From Patescibacteria group bacterium (GTDB lineage Bacteria > Patescibacteriota > Dojkabacteria > J137), in contig BOLA01000001.1 in NCBI GenBank assembly GCA_016861265.1, positions 852,136 to 916,135 of the forward strand: DNA of 64,000 bases, read 5' to 3'. Below are positions 19,466 through 27,509 of this stretch, piece by piece. Made by a program: the position numbers and the translations under genes. The notes beneath the pieces are model-generated. The model did no database searches. It saw nothing but the letters and a program-made list of their open reading frames with translations, and was not told where the DNA came from. The stretch's first letter is position 1. Each line of letters starts with the position of its first letter.

Positions 19466-20578
19466 ATGAATTCAAATTTTGAGGATCCGAATAAAGAAAA
19501 AGAGGAAAGACAGACTATTATAGAAAGGCCTATTGCTGAACAGCCGCTCGCATCTTTTGAGCAACAGGAGAGTATCCAATGGAAAGTTGAAATCTTTACA
19601 GGTATTAGACCAACTGGGGATTTGACGGTGGCTAATTTTGTAGGGGCAGTAGCACCTATTCTTGAATTGCAAAATAATGGCAAACATCCTATGGTTTTTG
19701 TAGCTGATCTTCATGCAATGACAGATAAAGAACCTAAGATAGCAATGCAATTCACCAATGATGTTGTTGCAGATTATATAGCTTTAGGACTCAATCCAGA
19801 GCAAACGGATATATTTGTACAGTCTACAATTGCTCAACAGGTTGGACAACTCACATTATATTTAATGAGACATATTTCAATTGCTGAGCTTATTAGAGTA
19901 CCTACATTGAAAGATAAACTGAAAGATGGTCAAAGAGAAGAAAATGCAAGTGCTTTACTAGCAACTTACCCTGTCATGATGGCTGCAGATATTTTAATAC
20001 AGAGAGCAAAAGAAGTTCCTGTTGGAGAAGATCAAGTTCCACATATTGAAGTGACAAGATTACTTGCTAAACGCTTTAACGCACAATATGGTCAAACCTT
20101 GTATGTACCCAAAGTTCAACAAGTAGAAACATTAAGAATACGATCTTTGAAAGGTGAAGGTAAGATGAGTAAAACAAATCCCAATGGTGCTATTTTTTTA
20201 ACTGATAGCCTTGATGAGGTTGCAAAAAAAATTAAAAAGGCTGAAACAGCATTTGCAGGAGAAATGAGTCCTACTCTAGCAAGTCATGTTACTCTAGCAA
20301 AAAATCTAACCTATAAACCAGAAGATAAAGTTCTAATAGATGAGATAATAGAAGCACATATGCAGGGGCAAACTGTAATGGGTGATTTTAAAAAGATATT
20401 TACAGAAATTACATTAAGGTTTATAGAAAATTTCCAACAAAGAAGGGCACAAGTAATGTCCGATCCTACATATATTCCATCTATTCTAGAATACGGAGCT
20501 AAAAAGGCAAGAGAAAATGCGGACGAAACATTAGGTTCCGTTTACGAAGCTATGACTAGTGGCGCAAAGGAGGGATAA
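19466..20578 (+). CDS. trpS: Tryptophanyl-tRNA synthetase, paralogue A
   Basis: TGIRPTGDLTVAN (TIGN-type), ADLHA, YPVMMAADIL, VPVGEDQ, KMSKT. Confidence 0.9.
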   Translation: MNSNFEDPNKEKEERQTIIERPIAEQPLASFEQQESIQWKVEIFTGIRPTGDLTVANFVGAVAPILELQNNGKHPMVFVADLHAMTDKEPKIAMQFTNDVVADYIALGLNPEQTDIFVQSTIAQQVGQLTLYLMRHISIAELIRVPTLKDKLKDGQREENASALLATYPVMMAADILIQRAKEVPVGEDQVPHIEVTRLLAKRFNAQYGQTLYVPKVQQVETLRIRSLKGEGKMSKTNPNGAIFLTDSLDEVAKKIKKAETAFAGEMSPTLASHVTLAKNLTYKPEDKVLIDEIIEAHMQGQTVMGDFKKIFTEITLRFIENFQQRRAQVMSDPTYIPSILEYGAKKARENADETLGSVYEAMTSGAKEG

Positions 20579-20628
20579 GATTCTTAGGAGTGCAAAAAAT
20601 ATGGTATATATAAATTTGTATATTTCTT

Positions 20629-21726
20629 TTATGATTTGATCTGGTGTGCAAATTTTTGTGCTTGTTTACTAATCAGGTCTGCATCTTCAAAATAATTAAT
20701 CCCGATTGCACTTTTAACTCTCTGTGTCGTTTGGGAAGCCACATTACGTGCTTCTCGGCTGCCTTCAAGCAATATTTTATAAACTTGTGGAATGTTTTTT
20801 TGATATTCCTCTCTCCTAGTACGAAGTGGCATTAATTCTTCTTGAATAACATCATTTAAGAAACTTTTTATTTTCGTATCGCCTAGACCTCCTCTTCTGT
20901 AATGATCTTTCAGCTCATCTAAATTATTATAACCAGCTAGGTATCTTTGTAAATGATTAGGTTTACAAAAAGCATCTAAATAAGTAAAAACTGGATTATT
21001 TTCAACAGTGCCGGGATCTTCTACTTTTAAATGATTGGGATCTGTAAACATCCCCATAATTTTTTTCTTAATTTCCTCTGGCGAGTCTGCAAGGTAAATA
21101 CCATTATTTAAAGACTTGCTCATTTTCGCTTTCCCATCTAAGCCTGGTAATCTGCTACAAATATCATTCTCTGGTAATGATGCATTTGGTTCTACCAAAG
21201 TTTCTCCATAGATAGAATTAAAACTTCTAACAATTTCTCGTGTTTGTTCTATCATCGGTAGTTGATCGTCACCTACTGGAACAATATTAGCGTCAAATGC
21301 TGTAATGTCAGCAGCTTGGCTCACTGGATATGTCAAGAATCCAGCAGGAATACTTTTATTAAAACCTCTTAACTTTATTTCTTCCTTTACAGTAGGATTC
21401 CTTTGTAATCTTGCTACTGTAACTAAATTCAGAAAATAATATGTTAACTCACATAGCTCAGGAATCTGGGACTGAATAAAGATAGTAGATTTATTGGGGT
21501 CAATACCACATGCTAAATAATCTAATGCTACCTCTATTACATTTTGTCTTACTTTTTCAACATTGTCTGCGTTATCAGAAAGTGCCTGAGCATCCGCGAT
21601 CATAATAAAGATACCATCAAACTTTCCAGAGTTTTGCAATTCAACTCTTTTCTTTAATGATCCAACATAGTGACCTAAATGCAGTTTTCCTGTGGGCCTG
21701 TCCCCAGTTAGAATAATATTTTTCAT
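20629..21726 (-). CDS. trpS: Tryptophanyl-tRNA synthetase, paralogue B (TGDRPTG/HLGH type)
   Basis: TGDRPTGKLHLGH, ADAQA, YPVSQAADI, VPVGDDQ, KMSKS. Confidence 0.95.
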   Translation of the reverse strand: MKNIILTGDRPTGKLHLGHYVGSLKKRVELQNSGKFDGIFIMIADAQALSDNADNVEKVRQNVIEVALDYLACGIDPNKSTIFIQSQIPELCELTYYFLNLVTVARLQRNPTVKEEIKLRGFNKSIPAGFLTYPVSQAADITAFDANIVPVGDDQLPMIEQTREIVRSFNSIYGETLVEPNASLPENDICSRLPGLDGKAKMSKSLNNGIYLADSPEEIKKKIMGMFTDPNHLKVEDPGTVENNPVFTYLDAFCKPNHLQRYLAGYNNLDELKDHYRRGGLGDTKIKSFLNDVIQEELMPLRTRREEYQKNIPQVYKILLEGSREARNVASQTTQRVKSAIGINYFEDADLISKQAQKFAHQIKS

Positions 21727-21738
21727 AAAGAAACAGTC

Positions 21739-22935
21739 TTAATTCTTATATAAAAATAGTTCGTTGTATGTATCAATATCTTTTTCATATTTCGATTCTT
21801 CCCAAAGGGTTTTAATTTCAATAAAAAACTTCAAATATTCATACTTTATTTTAGTCCAATCTTCGTAATTTTGTTCTAGATTTTCAAAAGCACTTTTGGC
21901 TTCTATTAACTTGTCGGGACTCCAATTAGAAGCAAGTATCATCATTTGTAAAATAACCTCCTCATTTCTCTTCCCACAGTCAATAATTTTCCTATGTAAT
22001 TCCTCTTCGCTATCTCCAACATTAATAGAAGAGTCTGGAATGCTTTTTGACATTTTAACATAAGGGAAAAGACCACCAATAAGCTTTCCATACAATGCAC
22101 CGATTTCAGCATCTTGATGAACCAAGCTATCCACGCCTCCACTCTTCACTTTCATCCTATTAAGTGCAATTCTTGCTAAATACGGATGGTGATGTTCTTC
22201 CAATCCTACCGGCACTATTACACCTCGTTTTTTGTCACGAACTATCGGTAGGATAATATCTGTCATTGTATATGTCCTACTCACCATTTTTGAGAAATCG
22301 TTCCCAAGCAATTGTAATCTTTTATACATATCGTTAGTTACTTCACGATTTTCGAGCAAATCTTCAGTACTTAAAACACTAGAAACAAGTGAAAACACTC
22401 GGGAATGATCATGAAAGTTATGTGTTCTAATTTCACCGTTTTTTTCATTAAATCCCAATTTCTTAATAAAAGATATAAACTGATAGGAATTTCTTATTAG
22501 CTCATTTAATGGCTTTTGTCTTGAATTTAATGCACTTAATTCAGAAATGATTATATGAGTATAAATACCTGTTTGTTTTTGAAGTTCAAGTACTCTAAAA
22601 ATAGAAGAAAGTGTACCGGCCGTTGGGGAATTAGTAGGACCAAATCCTGTTACAATAGCTAACTCGGTCGTAGGAATTTTATTAAAGATTTCTAAATTAT
22701 CGTAACACAAATATTTAGAATTTAATTCATTGTGCTTCCCATAGCCATGTAATTGAATATTATTAGGAAACTTAACATACTTAAAATCTTCGATTATTTT
22801 GCCAAGTTTGTTATTGGAATATTCCAAATCCTTTAATGCATGCTTAAGATCATTTGCAACTTCTTCAATCGATTTATTTTGTTTCTCTGCTATTTCTTTT
22901 AATTCATCATTTGACAAATTTAAATTGGTTTTCAT
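21739..22935 (-). CDS. Highly divergent class Ic (TrpRS-like) synthetase homologue, paralogue C
   Basis: TGFGPTNSPTAGT, TMTDIILP, VPVGLEEHHH, KMSKSIPDSSI; N-terminal extension. Confidence 0.75.
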   Translation of the reverse strand: MKTNLNLSNDELKEIAEKQNKSIEEVANDLKHALKDLEYSNNKLGKIIEDFKYVKFPNNIQLHGYGKHNELNSKYLCYDNLEIFNKIPTTELAIVTGFGPTNSPTAGTLSSIFRVLELQKQTGIYTHIIISELSALNSRQKPLNELIRNSYQFISFIKKLGFNEKNGEIRTHNFHDHSRVFSLVSSVLSTEDLLENREVTNDMYKRLQLLGNDFSKMVSRTYTMTDIILPIVRDKKRGVIVPVGLEEHHHPYLARIALNRMKVKSGGVDSLVHQDAEIGALYGKLIGGLFPYVKMSKSIPDSSINVGDSEEELHRKIIDCGKRNEEVILQMMILASNWSPDKLIEAKSAFENLEQNYEDWTKIKYEYLKFFIEIKTLWEESKYEKDIDTYNELFLYKN

Positions 22936-23300
22936 GATTCACAATAGAATGTTTATAAATAAGTATTAAACGCTACACTGTAGCGAAAATTTAACATTTA
23001 TAAGATGTAGTGTCAATTTGTTTGTATTTCATATGAATTCAAAAAATCAGACATTAATGCCATATTTTTTTATTAAAGAATTTATAATTTATTAAATTTC
23101 TTTAAAAAACTACAATAATAGATGTTATTGCAATTTCTTACAAAAATATACATACCCCACTAATTCCATTTCTATCCATTGGTTTGTCCAAATATCAAAA
23201 ATAAATACAGGTACTTTCTTCCCAGATTATATATTTTTCTTGACAAACATAAAAAAGATGGAATAAGATTAGTTAGTTCCTAAATATTAATACTATAAGT

Positions 23301-24104
23301 ATGAACATAAAAGAAGTGGTGATTGAGCCAATATATAAATTATTTAGAGCAGGTCAAAACGCATATTATGAGGCTGGGTTAAATCGTTATCAAGGAGATA
23401 AGTATGACTTAACAACCTTACAAATATCAAATTACTTTTCATTTAGGACTTCTCCGTTTAATGTAGATTTAAGGAAGTTAGCATACTATACAGAACATCA
23501 AATGATACCAGCTCCTAAAAGAGTTGGTATCAATTCTTTTTTAGGTGGAAGTATAGGTAAATATAAATACAAAACATCATTAATGCTTTGGTATATTGGT
23601 GAACTTAAAAAAAGAGGCATTAAAAGTCAGGATGAATTAAGACTACACATTTATAACTACTTTCACACTGAAAATTTACCTCCAAAGCCTGTTTCAGATA
23701 CGCCTTTTGCTGAAAGGTATATTTATACTTGGAGAATAAGCAAAATAACACCTGTACTTTTACCTGAATTTGAAGACTTTAATATTTATATGGAAAATGA
23801 AGAGCCAATTCCTGCAAAAAAGGCCACCTACTATTTTGAAGGTAAGCCATTTGATCAAATTCTCTTCTTTGAACGAAACCTAACAGAAAAAGAAAATGAA
23901 TTTCTTAAGATCTTACGAAAAAACAAAGAGTTTTTAAGTGCAAGTGGTATCAAAACCTATATTCTCAATTCTAAAGAAGAAGTTGAACAAAAAGACATTA
24001 TGGATTTATTCGTGTTTAAAGACTATCCAATAGTTTCAGATGATGATGATAAAAAATCTTATCGAGATTTACTTAATAAAAAATATACTTTTCAAAATAT
24101 ATGA
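23301..24104 (+). CDS. MerR-like HTH-containing protein
   Basis: LRKLAYYTEHQMIPAPKR...KY...ELKKRG resembles a MerR HTH; TTGACA...TAAGAT upstream. Confidence 0.55.
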   Translation: MNIKEVVIEPIYKLFRAGQNAYYEAGLNRYQGDKYDLTTLQISNYFSFRTSPFNVDLRKLAYYTEHQMIPAPKRVGINSFLGGSIGKYKYKTSLMLWYIGELKKRGIKSQDELRLHIYNYFHTENLPPKPVSDTPFAERYIYTWRISKITPVLLPEFEDFNIYMENEEPIPAKKATYYFEGKPFDQILFFERNLTEKENEFLKILRKNKEFLSASGIKTYILNSKEEVEQKDIMDLFVFKDYPIVSDDDDKKSYRDLLNKKYTFQNI

Positions 24105-24346
24105 TCAAACAAAACGATGAACTGTATGAAATAATATCTTTAAAGGTAAGAAAGCATAATTTGTTGAAAATGATCAAGCCTAAAGCAATTGAAAATCTAA
24201 TCAAGATGATACTTTGGCAGAAAGATGGGGTAATAACACTGATAATTAATAATGCGGAAATTACTAAGTTAAAACACGATTTTGAGATACGTTTAAATGA
24301 GGAAGGAGATTTAAAGACTGACGATAAGACAAAATTTATTAAGTAA
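24101..24346 (+). CDS. Hypothetical protein
   Basis: 81 aa, ATGA overlap with the upstream gene. Confidence 0.6.
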   Translation: MIKQNDELYEIISLKVRKHNLLKMIKPKAIENLIKMILWQKDGVITLIINNAEITKLKHDFEIRLNEEGDLKTDDKTKFIK

Positions 24347-24477
24347 TTCTAATTAACCTTAGCTAACTTGATTGTTTAGAGAGGTCTAAGTTTCAGAAAA
24401 AAGAACATGTTTCTTAATCTGAGATTTGGATCTCTTTTTTTTGTATATATTTTACTTTTTAACAATTTACCAAAAAT

Positions 24478-24876
24478 ATGTCGCTAAACACACCAAAGAT
24501 CATTAAGAACTTTTTGAATGCTAATGAGAAAACAGAGAATAACTTTATCACTGCACTACTGTTAGATAAATCACTATTATTAAAAGAAAAAGAATTGTTG
24601 CTTTTTATCTTTCATTTAGCAAATCGTTCTGGTGATTTAAAAGTAAGTACCAAACAATTGGCTACATTTACTCTTACAGATTTAGAAAAACTCAGGATTG
24701 CCTACAGTGCTAATGCGAGTATAGCTTTTCAAAAACTTCACAGATTAGAAATTATTAATTGGAATAAAACTGAACATACCTTTGAAATCAATAACGACTG
24801 GATAGATGAAATATTAACTAGAGATCAAAACACTAGACTAGAGTTCTTTTACAAGTTATTACTCAAACAAAACTAA
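24478..24876 (+). CDS. Hypothetical winged-helix-like protein
   Basis: 132 aa, coupled to the next gene by TAATG. Confidence 0.6.
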   Translation: MSLNTPKIIKNFLNANEKTENNFITALLLDKSLLLKEKELLLFIFHLANRSGDLKVSTKQLATFTLTDLEKLRIAYSANASIAFQKLHRLEIINWNKTEHTFEINNDWIDEILTRDQNTRLEFFYKLLLKQN

Positions 24877-25811
24877 TGTCTGAAAAGGTTGTTTTAAAAA
24901 TCTCAAAAGAGTTAGATAGAGGTAAAGCCTTTGTGCAAATTTTATCTAACCTAATTCGTAGTCCTGAAATTTCAGATTCAGAATTTAGAACATTCTTAGC
25001 TTTACTTGATTTTAAATGGAATGGGCAATCTAAAATCTTTCCGTCATTAACAACTCTTGAAAAAATACGTCATAAAAGCAGAAAAAGAATTGTTGCTCAT
25101 TTAAAAGGTTTAAAACAGATAGGTTTAATCTCTTATCAGAAATCCTCTGAAAGAAATAGTAATGAATATTTTTTTAACAAGATTGAATTTGAAGCAATAG
25201 ATAAAACGCCACTAGTAGACAAAAGTAAACTAGTGTACAAAACTACACCATCGCTAGGGTCGAAAAGTACACTACAGATAGTGGCGAAAACTACACCCGA
25301 AAGATACGAATATAAGAATACTAAATTTAATAAGACGTTAGCTGAAAACGACTTAAAAAAAATTGCTGATAAAAAGTCACAACGAAGTGACTTTGGAAGT
25401 TTCAAAGTTGATCCCAAAACAGAAGATTTTACTAAATACAATCCAGAAGCACTTGAATATGCAAAGTTACTGGACAATCTTGAAGATATTAAGTTTTATC
25501 AAAACTTGCTTGATGAAAAACAATTTACTCACGAAGAATTGCAATCTGCTTTCTGGAAAACATGTAACGAAATAAATACAGATAAAAAAGATGGCAAAAT
25601 TTTCTGGAAAAAGCCAGGAGCTTTATTTAATAAAAACTTGAAAGCAATTTTAGAACGAAAGAAACAAATTAAGAACGGCTTAGATAAATTAACAGACAGT
25701 AAAACAATTCCTAAAGAAAAAACAGAAAACGAAAAGTTGTCAGAATTTAATAAAAAACGAAATCATGCACTTAATTTATCTCAGAAATTACTAAATAGAG
25801 AAGGAATATAA
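24876..25811 (+). CDS. HTH (HTH_36-like) replication initiator-like protein
   Basis: IFPSLTTL...SRKRIVAHLKGLKQIGLI...SNEY N-terminal wHTH typical of phage/plasmid initiators; internal DNA repeats. Confidence 0.7.
   Translation: MSEKVVLKISKELDRGKAFVQILSNLIRSPEISDSEFRTFLALLDFKWNGQSKIFPSLTTLEKIRHKSRKRIVAHLKGLKQIGLISYQKSSERNSNEYFFNKIEFEAIDKTPLVDKSKLVYKTTPSLGSKSTLQIVAKTTPERYEYKNTKFNKTLAENDLKKIADKKSQRSDFGSFKVDPKTEDFTKYNPEALEYAKLLDNLEDIKFYQNLLDEKQFTHEELQSAFWKTCNEINTDKKDGKIFWKKPGALFNKNLKAILERKKQIKNGLDKLTDSKTIPKEKTENEKLSEFNKKRNHALNLSQKLLNREGI
25213..25296 (+). repeat. Four imperfect 18-bp direct repeats (iteron-like) inside the rep-like gene
   Basis: tagtagacaaaagtaaac (25213), tagtgtacaaaactacac (25231), tagggtcgaaaagtacac (25255), tagtggcgaaaactacac (25279). 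Confidence 0.7.
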
Positions 25812-25884
25812 CTGATGAACGAAGTGATGAAACTATGGTGAAACTGCTAATCCGAAAAAATGACTATTTTACGATCTTTAAAAA

Positions 25885-26031
25885 CCTACCAAAGCGAGAG
25901 CCACTAAACCTTACTAACTCCGAACGGGAGTGATTGGGTGCCCTCCTATCGGAGCCCACCCAATCACTCCCTCGACAAAGTTACACGTTGTGTTGTTTGT
26001 CGTCTGAGTTAGTAAGGTTTAGTAGGGTAGG
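25885..26031. other. Large branched stem-loop (candidate oriT, single-strand origin or small RNA)
   Basis: Perfect 18-bp outer stem 25903-25920/26006-26023, 15-bp arm 25926-25940/25957-25971, 7-bp arm 25973-25979/25996-26002. Confidence 0.7.
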
Positions 26032-26170
26032 TAGTAGGTAGTTAGTAATAGTAAGTTAGGTAGGATAGATAGAGAAGAATAAAGAAGAGAGATTGAGAAG
26101 ATAGAGATTTTAGGTAGGTTAGTTTTTAAGTATTTGTTGAGATTTATTATTTTTTAATTTTTTTATATAA

Positions 26171-27148
26171 ATGATTGGTTCAAATATTTTAAAAAGTTCT
26201 GATGTGGAAATTTTGTATACAGTGAGTATTTTTAAGTTTATTCCGCTTAAAGTTTTGGCTGATATTTTGATTGCTAAGAATATTTATAGTTTTTATCAAG
26301 GAGTTGCCAGAAGTATTACAAGACTCGAAAAACAGGGGTTGTTAAGAACTAAATACTATGCAAATCATTCAAAAATCATATTTTTATCAAAGACAGGTGC
26401 AGGAGTTTTATCAGTGAATAAAGGTATTCCACTAGAAAACATTAACTGTCCTGACCGAATTACTAATGTAAATTTCTTTGCCATTGAACATACAATTGAA
26501 GTGTCTAAATTGTTTTACATATTTTCTACTGAGTGCGAAAGATATGGATTTAAGCTAGTAGAATTCCAAGGAGATGCTTATCAAAGATACATATATTCTT
26601 TTAAGGAATGGATTAACAATGACCAAAAGAAAATAACTAAATATGTAATTCCAGATGCTTTTGTAAGAATTGATGTTGGAGATGAAAAGATTTATGAATT
26701 TTATGTTGAATATGATAAAGGTTCTGAATATTCAAAAGATATTGCAGAAAAATATCAAAAGTATTTTGAATACTATTCCCTTTCAGAAAAGTACAAGCTT
26801 AATAACGATGATAAGTTTCCATCTGTTTTATTCATAACGACAACTAAGAAAAGAATATTGAACCTTATTCCTGATATGCCTAAAAAGGATGGGAATAGAT
26901 ATGAGCTATACGGAAACAGAGGCTTAAGGAATGTAGTATTTCAAGGAATTGAAAACGCAAAGGGAGATACGAATCACGATAGTTACAGAATTCACAAGTT
27001 TTTGAAAGATGAAAACAAGTTTCTGTTCATTGAGTACGAAAGCCTATTAAAGAATAAGTTTGAAGCTACTTGGTTAAACTTTATTCAACAGCCAATTTCC
27101 TTACATTACTTTTTAACAAATCCATTTATTGAACCTAAATCTTATTGA
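26171..27148 (+). CDS. Replication-relaxation (Replic_Relax) family protein
   Basis: N-terminal wHTH, EHTIEVSK, IPDAFV...FYVEYDKGSE...KYQKY...FPSVLFIT. Confidence 0.8.
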   Translation: MIGSNILKSSDVEILYTVSIFKFIPLKVLADILIAKNIYSFYQGVARSITRLEKQGLLRTKYYANHSKIIFLSKTGAGVLSVNKGIPLENINCPDRITNVNFFAIEHTIEVSKLFYIFSTECERYGFKLVEFQGDAYQRYIYSFKEWINNDQKKITKYVIPDAFVRIDVGDEKIYEFYVEYDKGSEYSKDIAEKYQKYFEYYSLSEKYKLNNDDKFPSVLFITTTKKRILNLIPDMPKKDGNRYELYGNRGLRNVVFQGIENAKGDTNHDSYRIHKFLKDENKFLFIEYESLLKNKFEATWLNFIQQPISLHYFLTNPFIEPKSY

Positions 27149-27407
27149 TGAAAATCTAAAGTTTATAAATCAATTTGATATTGATTCTAAAGAAATTTCT
27201 GCTGAAAGAGCCAGAGAAATCTTGGGTTCAAAGGCTGACGGCTTGAATGATGATGAATTACAGGTTGTTATAAATATGGTGATGACTATGGCTGAAATAG
27301 CTGTCGGAGATTTTTTTAATAAAAAAGTACCAGAAGATGAAAAGAAGTTATATAATTTAACTGCAAATCAATCAAAAAGGGTAAAACGAAAGAAAACTAG
27401 ACTTTAG
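27129..27407 (+). CDS. Hypothetical protein
   Basis: 92 aa, TTG start, ISAERAREILG...LNDDEL; lies directly upstream of the recombinase. Confidence 0.55.
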   Translation: MNLNLIDENLKFINQFDIDSKEISAERAREILGSKADGLNDDELQVVINMVMTMAEIAVGDFFNKKVPEDEKKLYNLTANQSKRVKRKKTRL

Positions 27408-27509
27408 TCTGTTATCTTTACAGATAAGGGGCTACTTGGAACAGTCTTTACCCAAAGATTGATTTGCACCAGGTAGTCCCTTTTCTGTTTAGTTTTTACT
27501 ATTTAAAAT

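Noticed and set aside
19620-19640. TVAN as a dead HIGH motif in TrpRS-A
   Set aside because: TIGN-type motifs are normal in bacterial TrpRS; only the G->A change is unusual.
19466-22935. Extra TrpRS genes as a sign of UGA recoding
   Set aside because: Genes end normally at TGA (e.g. 5103, 19373), long ORFs are intact under code 11, RF2 is present and no suppressor tRNA is seen.
25213-25296. CRISPR array
   Set aside because: Repeats are imperfect, nearly abutting and inside a CDS; there are no spacers or cas genes.
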